From Ranitomeya imitator (Eukaryota): 64,000 bases of DNA. The position numbers were made by a program, and so were the translations under genes. The stretch is taken from assembly GCF_032444005.1 (NCBI RefSeq), contig NC_091285.1, positions 517,576,001-517,640,000 on the forward strand, read 5' to 3'. Shown one piece after another: positions 24,901-37,149 of this stretch. The stretch's first letter is position 1. Each line of letters begins with the position of its first letter. The notes under the pieces were generated by a model. It saw only the letters and a program-made list of their open reading frames with translations. It made no database searches and was not told the origin of the DNA.

Positions 24901-27351
24901 TCACAACAGTACCCCCCCTTGAGGAGGGGTCACCGAACCCTCACCAGAGCCCCCCGGCCGATTAGGACGAGCCAAATGAAAAGCACGAACCAAATCGGTG
25001 GCATGGACATCGGAGGCAACAACCCAAGAATTATCCTCCTGGCCATAACCCTTCCACTTGACAAGATACTGAAGCCTCCACCTCGAAAAACGAGAATCCA
25101 AAATCTTCTCAACCTCATATTCCAACTCTACCTCAACCAACACCGGGGCAGGAGGGTCAACCGAGGGAACAACGGGCTCCATATATCTCCAGCAAAACAA
25201 AGATCTATGGAAAACATTATGAATGGCAAAAGAGGCTGGAAGAGCCAAACGAAAAGACACCGGATTAATAATTTCAGAAATTTTATAAGGGCCAATAAAC
25301 CGAGGCTTAAACTTAGGGGAAGAAACCTTCATAGGAACATGACGAGAAGACAACCAAACCAAATCCCCCACACGAAGCCGGGGACCAACACACCGACGGC
25401 GGTTAGCAAAACGTTGAGCCCTTTCCTGAGACAACGTCAAATTGTCCACCACATGAGTCCAAATCTGCTGCAGCCTGTCAACCACAGAATCAACACCAGG
25501 ACAATCAGAAGGCTCAACCTGCCCAGAAGAAAAACGAGGATGAAAACCAAAATTACAAAAGAAAGGTGAAACCAAAGTAGCCGAACTAGCCCGATTATTA
25601 AGGGCAAACTCGGCCAACGGCAAGAAAGACACCCAATCATCCTGATCAGCAGACACAAAGCATCTCAAATAGGTCTCCGAGGTCTGATTAGTTCACTCAG
25701 TTTGGCCATTAGTCTGAGGATGAAACGCCGAAGAAAAAGACAAATCAATGCCCATCCTAGCACAAAAGGCCAGCCAAAATCTAGAGACAAACTGAGAACC
25801 TCTGTCAGACACAATATTCTCCGGAATGCCATGCAAACGAACCACATGCTGAAAAAATAATGGAACCAGATCTGAGGAGGAAGGCAACTTAGGCAAAGGC
25901 ACCAGATGGACCATTTTAGAGAACCGGTCACAAACAACCCAGATAACAGACATCTTCTGGGAAGCAGGAAGATCCGAAATAAAATCCATGGAAATATGCA
26001 TCCAGGCCCTCTCAGGGACCGGCAAAGGCAAAAGCAACCCACTAGCGCCGGAACAGCAAGGCTTGGCCCGGGCGCAAGTCCCACAGGACTGCACAAAAGC
26101 AAGCACATCGCGCGACAAGGAAGGCCACCAAAAGGACCTAGCAACCAAATCTCTGGTACCAAAAATCCCAGGATGACCAGCTAACACTGAACAATAAACC
26201 TCAGAAATTACCTTACTAGTCCATCTATCAGGAACAAACAGCTTCCCCACTGGACAGTGGTCAGGCCTATCAGTCTGAAATTCCTGAAGCACCCGCCGCA
26301 AATCATGGGATATAGCAGAAAGAATCACCCCCTCCTTAAGAATGCCAACCAGCTCAAGGACTCCAGGGGAATAAAGCGAAAAACTCCTAGAGATGGCATC
26401 AGCCTTAACATTCTTAGATCCCGGAAGATATGAGACCACAAAATCAAAACGGGAGAAAAACAGGGACCATCGAGCCTGTCTAGGATTCAGCCGCTTGGCC
26501 GACTCGAGGTAAATCAGATTCTTATGATCGGTCAGGACCACAACGCGGTGTTTAGCTCCCTCAAGCCAATGTCGCCACTCATCAAACGCCCACTTCATAG
26601 CCAACAACTCCCGATTGCCGACATCATAATTGCGTTCCGCAGGCGAAAACTTTCTAGAAAAAAAAGCACACGGTTTCATCAAAGAACCATCAGACTCCCT
26701 CTGAGACAAAACGGCCCCTGCCCCAATCTCAGAAGCGTCGACCTCAACCTGAAAAGGAAGAGAAACATCCGGCTGACGTAACACAGGGGCAGAAGTAAAT
26801 CGGCGTTTAAGCTCCTGAAAGGCCTCAACAGCCTCAGAGGACCAATTCGTCACATCAGCGCCTTTCTTCGTCAAAGCAGTAAGGGGCTTAACCACACTGG
26901 AAAAGTTGGCAATGAAATGGCGATAGAAATTAGCAAAGCCCCAAAATTTTTGAAGGCCTTTCACAGATGTGGATTGGATCCAGTCATGAATAGCTTGGAC
27001 CTTAACAGGATCCATTTCTATAGACGAGGGAGAAAAAATAAAACCCAAAAAAGAGACCTTCTGAACTCCGAATAGGCACTTAGACCCCTTCACAAACAAA
27101 GCATTATCACGAAGGATCTGGAACACCATCCTGACCTGCTTCACATGAGACTCCCAATCATCGGAAAAAATCAAAATATCATCCAAATATACGACCATGA
27201 ATTTATCAAGATAATTGCTGAAAATATTATGCATGAAAGACTGGGACACAGATGGAGCATTAGAGAGCCCAAATGGCATCACAAGGTATTCAAAGTGGCC
27301 TTCGGGCGTATTAAATGCAGTTTTCTATTCGTCACCCTGTTTAATACAAAC
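24901..27351 (-). pseudogene. Element A pol, 3-prime part (RT-RNaseH-integrase-chromodomain)
   Basis: ORFs 25693-27282 and 24901-25668 separated by a frameshift; TGG>TAG in GDE*KTAF near 27326. Confidence 0.92.
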
Positions 27352-30300
27352 TGTCATGATCCCAATGGCAGGGGATCACAAAAGGACAAGCACAAAAACA
27401 AAACAAGCTCTAGGGTGATGGAACCTGAGCTGACCGCGATCCTGAACCTAAACACACAACTAGCAGTAGCCGGGGAACGTGCCTACGATGATTCCTAGAC
27501 GTCTCGCGCCAGCCGAAGAATTAACTTCCCCTATTAGAAGAAACACAGACCTCACTTGCCTCCAGAGAAACACCCCACAGAAATAGCAGCCCCCCACATG
27601 TAATAACGGTGAAATGAGAGGAAAGCACATACGCAGTTATGAAAACAGAATCAGCAAAAATGAGGCCCACTAAAGCTAGATAGCAGAGGATACAAAAGTG
27701 AACTGCGCGGTCAGCGAAAAACCCTTCAAAAAACCATCCTGAAATTACTTGAACTCATGTGCCAACTCATGGAACATGAGGAGTAATTTCAGCCCACTAG
27801 AGCAACCAGCAGCAAGGAATCACATATCTGCAAGCTGGACTAAGACAAAAATTAAGCAAAACGTGGAACAGGAAAATCAAAACTTAGCTTGTCCTGAAGA
27901 TAACAGACGCAGGGAGCAGAGGTAAAAAGACACGCTGATTACATTGATAGCCGGCGAGGAAATGACAAAAAAGCCAGGTTAAATAGGATACTCCCATAAC
28001 CTGATGGAACAGGTGGACACCAGAGACCGCAGAGAACACAAGTCACCCAGTACCATCAGTAACCACCAGAGGGAGCCCAAAAACAGAACTCACAACAGTA
28101 CCCCCCCCTTGAGGAGGGGTCACCGAACCCTCACGAGAACCACCAGGGCGACCAGGATGAGCCCTATGAAAAGCACGGACCAAATCGGCAGCATGAACAT
28201 CAGAGGCAATCACCCAAGAATTATCCTCCTGACCATAACCCTTCCACTTGACCAAATACTGGAGTTTCCGTCTGGAAACACAAGAATCCAAGATCTTCTC
28301 CACAACATACTCCAATTCACCCTCCACCAGCACCGGAGCAGGAGGCTCAAGCGAAGGAACGACAGGTACCTCATACTTCAGCAACAACGACCGATGGAAC
28401 ACATTATGAATAGCAAACGATGCCGGGAGATCCAAACGAAACGACACAGGGTTAAGGATTTCCAAGATCCTATAGGGACCGATGAACTGAGGCTTGAACT
28501 TAGGAGAAGAGACCTTCATAGGAACAAAACGAGAAGACAACCACACCAAGTCCCCAACAAGAAGTCGAGGACCCCCGTGGCCACGGCGATTAGCAAACTG
28601 CTGAGCCCTCTCCTGGGACAACTTCAAATTGTCCACCACATGACTCCAAATCTGATGCAACCTATCCACCACCATGTCCACTCCAGGACAATCAGAAGGC
28701 TCCACCTGACCAGAGGAAAAACGAGGATGAAACCCCGAATTACAAAAGAAAGGAGAAACCAAGGTAGCAGAACTAGCCCGATTATTAAGGGCAAACTCGG
28801 CAAGCGGCAAAAAGGAAACCCAGTCATCTTGATCAGCAGAAACAAAACACCTTAAATAAGTTTCTAAAGTCTGATTAGTTCGTTCCGTCTGGCCATTCGT
28901 CTGGGGATGGAATGCAGACGAAAACGACAAATCAATGCCCATCTTAGCACAGAACGTCCGCCAAAATCTAAACACAAACTGGGATCCCCTGTCAGAAACG
29001 ATGTTCTCCGGAATGCCATGCAAACGGACCACGTTTTGAAAAAACAGAGGGACCAACTCAGAGGAGGAAGGTAACTTAGGCAAGGGTACCAGATGAACCA
29101 TCTTAGAAAAGCGGTCACACACAAACCATATGACGGACATTTTTTGAGAGACAGGGAGATCCGAAATAAAGTCCATGGAAATGTGCGTCCAAGGCCTCTT
29201 CGGGATAGGCAAAGGTGACAACAATCCACTGGCCCGAGAACAGCAAGGCTTAGCCCGAGCGCAAACTCCACAAGACTGCACGAAAGAACGCACATCCCTC
29301 GACAAGGAAGGCCACCAAAAAGACCTGGCCACCAAGTCTCTAGTACCAAATATTCCAGGATGACCTGCCAACACAAAAGAATGGACCTCGGAGATGACTC
29401 TACTGGTCCAATTATCCGGAACAAACAGTCTTTCCGGCGGACAACGATCAGGTTTATCCACCTGAAACTCCTGCAAAGCACGTCGCAAGTCTGGGGAGAC
29501 AGCCGACAAAATCACCCCATCCCTAAGGATACCAGTGGGCTCAGAATTTCCAGGGGAGTCAGGCACAAAACTCCTAGAAAGAGCATCCGCCTTCACATTC
29601 TTTGAACCTGGCAGGTATGAAACCACAAAATTGAAACGGGAGAAAAACAGTGACCAACAAGCCTGTCTAGGATTCAGACGCTTGGCAGACTCAAGGTACA
29701 TCAGATTTTTGTGATCAGTCAAGACCACCACACGATGTCTAGCACCCTCAAGCCAATGACGCCACTCCTCAAATGCCCACTTCATGGCCAAAAGCTCCCG
29801 ATTACCAACATCATAATTCCGTTCAGCGGGCGAAAATTTTCTAGAAAAGAACGCACATGGCTTCATCACTGAGCCATCGGAGCCTCTCTGTGACAAAACC
29901 GCCCCCGCTCCGATCTCGGAAGCATCAACCTCAACCTGAAAAGGAAGCGACGTATCTGGCTGACGCAACACAGGAGCAGAAGAAAACCGGCGCTTAAGTT
30001 CCTGAAAGGCCTCCACAGCCGCAGGAGACCAATCAGTAACATCAGCACCCTTCTAAGTCAAATCCGTCAAAGGCTTAACAACACTAGAAAAATTAGTTAT
30101 GAAGCGACGATAAAAATTAGCAAAGCCCAAGAACTTCTGTAGACTCTTAAGAGATGTAGGCTGCGTCCATTCACAAATAGCCTGAACCTTGACGGGATTC
30201 ATCTCAATAGTAGAAGGGGAAAAAATATACCCCAAAAAAGAAATCTTCTGGACTCTAAAGAGACATTTAGAACCCTTTACAAACAAAGAATTGGCCCGCA

Positions 30301-33087
30301 GGACCTGAAACACCTTCCTGACCTGCTGAACATGAGACTCCCAGTCATCAGAAAAAACCAAAACATCATCCAAATACACGATAATAAATTTATCCAGATA
30401 TTCACGGAAAATATCGTGCATAAAAGACTGGAAGACAGAAGGAGCATTAGAAAGTCCAAAAGGCATCACCAAATACTCGAAATGGCCCTCAGGCGTATTA
30501 AATGCGGTTTTCCACTCATCACCCTGCCTTATCCGCACAAGATTATACGCACCCCGAAGATCAATCTTAGTGAACCATTTAGCCCCCTGAATGCGAGCGA
30601 ACAAATCAGTCAACAATGGCAAAGGATACTGATATTTGACTGTAATCTTATTCAAAAGACGATAATCTATGCAAGGCCTCAAGGAACCATCTTTTTTGGC
30701 CACAAAAAAAAAACCTGCTCCCAAAGGGGACGAAGATGGACGGATATGTCCCTTTTCCAAGGACTCCTTAACATAATTCCGCATAGCAGTATGCTCTGGC
30801 ACTGACAGATTGAACAAACGACCTTTAGGGAATTTACTGCCAGGAATCAAATCTATAGCACAATCGCAATCCCTGTGAGGAGGAAGCGAACTGAGCTTAG
30901 GCTCCTCAAAAACCTCCCGATAATCAGACAAAAATACCGGAACCTCAGAAGGAGTAGATGAAGCGATAGAAATCGGAGATGCATCATCATGAACCCCCTG
31001 ACATTCCCAGCTTAACACAGACATTGTTTTCCAGTCCAGGACTGGGTTATGAGTTTGTAACCATGGCAGACCAAGCACTAAGACATCATGTAAATTATAC
31101 AGTACCAGGAAGCGAATCACCTCCTGATGAACGGGAGTCATACGCATGGTCACTTGTGTCCAGTACTGAGGTTTATTCATAGCCAAAGGTGTAGAGTCAA
31201 TTCCTTTCAAAGGAATAGGAACTTCCAGAGGTTCCAGACTAAACCCACAGCGATTGGCAAATGACCAATCCATAAGACTCAGGGCAGCGCCTGAATCCAC
31301 ATAGGCATCGACGGAAATGGATGATAATGAACAAATCAGCGTCACAGACAGAATGAACTTAGACTGTAAAGTACCAATGGCAACAGACTTATCAATCTTT
31401 TTTGTGCGTTTAGAGCATGCTGATATAACATGAGCTGAATCACCACAATAAAAACACAATCCATTTTTCCGCCTATAATTTTGCCGTTCACTTCTGGACT
31501 GAATTCTATCACATTGCATTATCTCAGGTGCCTGTTCAGAAGACACCGCCAAATGGTGCACAGGTTTGCGCTCCCGTAAACGCCGATCAATCTGAATAGC
31601 CATAGTCATGGACTCATTCAGACCTGTAGGCGCCGGGAACCCCACCATAACATCTTTAATGGCCTCAGAAAGGCCATCTCTGAATTTTGCAGCCAGAGCG
31701 CACTCATTCCACTGAGTAAGCACCGACCATTTCCGAAATTTCTGACAATATATTTCTGCTTCATCTTGCCCCTGAGAGAGAGCCAATAAAGCTTTTTCAG
31801 CCTGAATCTCTAGGTTAGGTTCCTCATAGAGCAAACCCAATGCCAGAAAAAACGCATCCACATTGAGCAACGCAGGATCCCCTGGTGCCAATGCAAATGC
31901 CCAATTCTGAGGGTCACCCCGCAGGAAAGATATAACAATCTTGACCTGCTGAGCAGGGTCTCCAGAGGAGCGAGATTTCAAGGAAAGAAACAACTTGCAA
32001 TTGTTCCTAAAATTCAGAAAACTAGATCTATCTCCAGAAAAAAACTCTGGGATAGGAATTCTAGGTTCAGACATAGGCGTATGTACAACAAAATCTTGTA
32101 TATTTTGAACCTTAGCAGCAAGATTATTCAGGCTGGAAGCCAAACTCTGGACGTCCATGATAAACAGCTGAGGTCAGAGCCATTCAGGGATTAAGAGGAG
32201 GAAAGAAGCAGTCAAGCAGCAATTAAGGCTAGGCAGCAAACACTGAGGAGGGGAAAAAAAAAAAAAAAAAAAAACTTCCTCAGACTACTTTTCCTCCTAC
32301 TTCAGCCAAAACGATGACCAATTTTTTCAGGCCGGCTATACTGTCATGATCCCAATGGCAGGGGATCACAAAAGGACAAGCACAAAAACAAAACAAGCTC
32401 TAGGGTGATGGAACCTGAGCTGACCGTGATCCTGAACCTAAACACACAACTAGCAGTAGCCGGGGAACGTGCCTACGATGATTCCTAGACGTCTCGCGCC
32501 AGCCGAAGAATTAACTTCCCCTATTAGAAGAAACACAGACCTCACTTGCCTCCAGAGAAACACCCCACAGAAATAGCAGCCCCCCACATGTAATAACGGT
32601 GAAATGAGAGGAAAGCACATACGCAGTTATGAAAACAGAATCAGCAAAAATGAGGCCCGCTAAAGCTAGATAGCAGACGATACAAAAGTGAACTGCGCGG
32701 TCAGCGAAAAACCCTTCAAAAAACCATCCTGAAATTACTTGAACTCATGTGCCAACTCATGGAACATGAGGAGTAATTTCAGCCCACTAGAGCAACCAGC
32801 AGCAAGGAATCACATATCTGCAAGCTGGACTAAGACAAAAATTAAGCAAAACGTGGAACAGGAAAATCAAAACTTAGCTTGTCCTGAAGATAACAGACGC
32901 AGGGAGCAGAGGTAAAAAGACACGCTGATTACATTGATAGCCGGCGAGGAAATGACAAAAAAGCCAGGTTAAATAGGAAACTCCCATAACCTGATGGAAC
33001 AGGTGGACACCAGAGACCGCAGAGAACACAAGTCACCCAGTACCATCAGTAACCACCAGAGGGAGCCCAAAAACAGAACTCACAACA
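27352..33087 (-). mobile_element. Ty3/gypsy chromoviral LTR retrotransposon B nested in the RT of element A
   Basis: 746-bp LTRs 27352-28097 and 32342-33087 with about 4 differences by eye. ACAAAC flanks both ends and element A RT rejoins (GAYNLV|CIKQG). PPT next to 28098. Confidence 0.97.
28043..32158 (-). pseudogene. Element B single gag-pol ORF (~1371 codons) with one in-frame nonsense codon
   Basis: ORFs 30053-32158 and 28043-30016 share a frame, separated only by TAG at 30053-55 (LTDLT*KGADV; element A has LTKKGADV). Gag, CCHC, PR (YVDSGA), RT (YLDD), RH, IN and chromodomain all present. Confidence 0.93.
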
Positions 33088-35058
33088 ACAAACAAGATTA
33101 TATGCCCCTCGGAGGTCAATCTTAGTAAACCAACTAGCCCCCTTAATCTGAGCAAACAAATCAGTAAGCAAAGGCAAGGGGTATTGGAATTTGACCGTGA
33201 TTTTATTAAGAAGACGATAATCAATACAGGGTCTCAAGGAGCCATCCTTCATAGCAACAAAAAAGAAACCCGCTCCCAATGGTGACGAAGAGGGCCGAAT
33301 ATGCCCCTTCTCCAAAGACTCCTTAACATAACTCCGCATGGCGGCATGCTCTGGCACAGACAGATTGAAAAGTCGGCCCTTAGGGAACTTGCAACCAGGA
33401 ATCAAGTTAATAGCACAATCACAGTCCCTGTGCGGAGGAAGGGAACTGGACTTGGGCTCATCAAATACATCCTGGAAATCCGACAAAAACTCAGGGACCT
33501 CAGAAGAGGGGGAAGAGGAAATTGACATCAAAGGAACGTCACTATGTACCCCTTGACAACCCCAACTAGTCACCGACATAGTTTTCCAATCCAGCACCGG
33601 ATTATGTTCCTGTAACCATGGAAAACCCAGTACAACAACATCATGCAGGTTATGCAACACCAGAAAACGGCAATCTTTCTGATGTGCAGGAGCCATGTAC
33701 ATAGTCATCTGTGTCCAGTACTGAGTTTTATCCTTGGCCAAGGGTGTAGCATCAATACCCCTCAAAGGAGTAGGGCTCTGCAAAGGCTGCAAGGAAAAAC
33801 CACAGCGCCTGGCGAATTCTAAGTCCATTAAGTTCAGGGCAGCGCCCGAATCCACAAATGCCATGACAGAAAAGGACGACAATGAGCAAATCAGGGTCAC
33901 AGATAAGAGAAATTTAGGCTGTATAGTACTAATGGTAACAGACCTAGCGACTCTCTTAGGCTACGTTCACATTAGCGTTTTGCGTGTTTGCGTCGGGCAA
34001 CGCAGCGGCGATGCATGCGTCATGCGCCCCTATATTTAACATGGGGGACGCATGGACATGCGTTGTGCTGCGTTGTGCGACGCATGCGTTTTTTTGCCGC
34101 AAGCGTCGGGCGCAGAAAACGCAACAAGTTGCATTTTTCTTGCGTCCAAATTTCGGCAAAAAAGGACGCATGCGTCGCAAAACGCAGCGTTTTTGCGTGC
34201 GTTTTGATGCGTTTTTATTTGCGTTGTGCGTTGCGTGACCGATGCAGCAGCGCACAACGCAAATGTGAACGTAGCCATAGTACGCTTAGGGCAATCAGAG
34301 ATAACATGAGCAGAATCACCACAGTATAAACACAGCCTTTTCTGACGTCTGAATTCCTGCCGTTCTGCTCTAGTCAAAATCCTATCACCTTGCATAGGTT
34401 CAGGACTCTGCTCAGAGGATACTGCCATATGGTGCACAGCTTTGCGCTCGCGCAGACGCCGATCAATCTGAATGGCTAGAGACATAGATTCGCTCAAACC
34501 GGCAGGCGTAGAAAAACCCACCATAACATCTTTAAGGGCTTCAGAAAGACCTTTTCTGAAAATAGCAGCCAGAGCCTCTTCATTCCATTTAGTGAGCACA
34601 GACCATTTTCTAAATTTCTGGCAGTATAACTCTGCCGCTTCCTGACCTTGACACAAGGCCAACAGGGTTTTTTCTGCATGATCCACAGAATTAGGTTCGT
34701 CATACAATAATCCGAGCGCTTGAAAAAATGCATCAACATTCAATAATGCTGGATCCCCTGTTTCAAAAGAAAAAGCCCAGTCTTGAGGGTCACCACGCAG
34801 CAAGGATATGATGATTTTTACTTGCTGAATGGGATCACCAGAAGAACGGGGTTTCAAAGCAAAAAACAATTTGCAGTTATTTTTAAAGTTCAAAAACTTG
34901 GATCTGTCCCCAAAAAACAAATCAGGAGTAGGAATTCTAGGCTCTAAAGCTGGAGTCTGGACAACATAGTCCTGGATATTCTGTACTCTTGCAGCAAGTT
35001 GATCCACACGAGAAAACAAACCCTGAACATCCATGCCAAAGCATATATCCTGAACCAC
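33088..35058 (-). pseudogene. Element A gag-protease-RT N-terminus, interrupted by a MITE
   Basis: ORFs 34036-35058 (gag, CLYCGDSAHVISDC) and 33046-33900 (PR, RT start) are homologous to element B. Confidence 0.92.
33959..34276. mobile_element. PIF/Harbinger-type MITE inserted between gag and protease of element A
   Basis: TIRs GGCTACGTTCACATT / AATGTGAACGTAGCC with flanks TTA / ATA. The empty site restores CPKRTKRVARSV. Confidence 0.9.
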
Positions 35059-36570
35059 CCAGATATCAAGAGGAAAAAAAAGACAAACCAGAGCACAGAA
35101 AAAAATGGTTCAGAACTTTCTTTTCCTTCTTTTGAGGTGCATTTAATTCATTTTAGGCCACTTGTACTGTTATGATGCGGTTGTCTAGGAGCAACATGGA
35201 ACGAGCTCAGAAGGAAGTGGTAACTGTACTGACCGCAGTCCCTAAGCTCAACACAACACTAGAAGTAGCCGTGGAATGCTCCTAACTCTCCCTAGGCATC
35301 TCGTCACAGCCTAAGAGCTCACTACCCCTAAAGATAGAGGCAGGAAAGCTATCTTGCCTCAGAGAAAATCCCCAAAGGATAGATTAGCCCCCCACAAATA
35401 ATGACTGTGAGTGGAGAGGGAAAAGACATACACAGAATGAAACCAGGATGAGCACAGGAGGCCAGTCTAGCTAAATAGATAGGACAGGATGGAATACTGT
35501 GCGGTCAGTATAAAACATTACAAAAAATCCACGCAGAGTGTACAAAAATCTCCACACCTGACTAAAGGTGTGGAGGGTAAATCTGCTTCCCAGAGCTTCC
35601 AGCAAGACAGAATTAATTCATACTGATAAGCTGGACAAACAAAGAAAGCACAGAACGGATAAGTCCACAATCTATGGACAGAAAAGAGCAAGCAAAAACT
35701 TAGCTTTGCTGAACTGGTCAGGATAACAGGGAAATCCAAAGAGATGTGAATCCAACCAGGAACCATTTACAAGTGGCACTGGCTGAAGGAAAGAGCCAGG
35801 CCAAAATAGCAGAGCAGAAGAGACGATAAGTGGAGGCAGCTGATGACAGCTAACTCCAAGGAGCAGCCATACCACTTGAAACCACAAGAGGGAGCCCAAG
35901 AGCAGAACTCACAAAAGTGCCACTTACAACCACCGGAGGGAGCCCAAGAGTGGAATTCACAACAACAGACTGCACGCTATTAAGATGGTCTCCTTGCCCC
36001 GATTTCTATACCTGTTCCACTCCTTTCCCATCCCGTTGCCTCCTAGGAAATTCCACGAAATTCATACTATGATCTCAAAATTCATATGGCAGGGAAAAGA
36101 AACCAGAATCCGACAAAAAGTATGTTCATACACAGAAAATTAGAGGGGGCTCTCCTTACCTAATTTCATACCATATTATAAATCCGCCCAATTAGCTCAA
36201 CTGACTAGCACTTGTGTGACTAACAATAAACCTAGATGGGTTAACCTAGAATCATCTTTCTTGAATCCACTCTCCTTGTCTAGCCTCCTATGGGCCAGAC
36301 AGAAACTTCCACGAGGTCTCCATATTACAGCGCCATTTATAGCCCATTCCCTAATCCTTTGGAGAAAGGAAAGATTTAAGTTCAACCTCCAGTCTAAGTC
36401 CTCTCCACTAGGGTTGAGCGAAACGGGTCGTTCATTTTCAAAAGTCGCCGACTTTTGGCAAAGTCGGGTTTCATGAAACCCGATCCGACCCCTGTGCGGG
36501 GTCGGCCATGCGGTACGCGACTTTCGCGCCAAAGTCGCGTTTCAATGACGCGAAAAGCGCCATTTCTCAG

Positions 36571-36689
36571 CCAATGAAGGTAAACGCAGAGTGTGGGCTG
36601 CGTGATGACATAGGTCCTGGTCCCCACCATCTTAGAGAAGGGCATTGCAGTGATTGGCTTGCTGTCTGCGGCGTCACAGGGGCTATAAA
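36571..36689 (+). promoter_or_regulatory. Candidate Pol II promoter of the hAT transposase
   Basis: CCAAT (36571), ATTGG (36653) and TATAAA (36684) in a CpG-rich subterminal region, about 4.1 kb upstream of the ATG. Function untested. Confidence 0.35.
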
Positions 36690-37149
36690 GGGGAGTTCCC
36701 GCCGACCGCCATGTTACTGCTGCTGATCTGAGCTTAGGGAGAGGTTGCTGCCGCTTCGTCAGAAGCAGGGATAGCGTTAGGCAGGGTCCATTAACCACCA
36801 AACCGCTTGTGCTGTAGCGATTTCCACTGCCCAACACCACCTTCGGTGTGCAGGGACAGTGGAAGCTACATTTTTTTTTTTCCCCCTCAGCGCTGTAGCT
36901 CATTGGGCTGCCCTAGAAGGCTCCCTGATAGCTGCATTGCTGTGTGTACGCCGCTGTGCAAACCAACTGCTTTTTTCAAAGCACAAATCCTCTTGTTCCT
37001 TCCTTTCTGCACAGCTATCTTTTTGGTTTGTACACACTTTTTATTTAATTTGTGCATCAGTCCACTCCTTATTGCTGCCTGCCATACCTGGCTGAGATTA
37101 CTGCAGGGAGATAGTAATTGAAGGACACTCCCTGTTTTTTTTTTTTTTT

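Larger units (their letters stand above)
24104..35964 (-). mobile_element. Ty3/gypsy chromoviral (Tf1/sushi-type) LTR retrotransposon A (outer), disrupted
   Basis: LTRs 24104-24908 and 35168-35964 (TG..CA, about 98% identical by eye, one 8-bp indel) and PPT next to 24909. Gag with CCHC knuckle, protease FVDSGA, RT YLDD, RNase H, integrase and chromodomain (EYEVEKILDSR...YLVKWKGY). Target CAGAC duplicated. Confidence 0.97.

Noticed and set aside
24820-29605. Long + strand ORFs (249 aa at 24820, 283 aa at 28004) present in both LTR elements
   Set aside because: They are antisense to the integrase/chromodomain region and are most simply shadows of pol codon usage. The two peptides are much less conserved than the sense frame.
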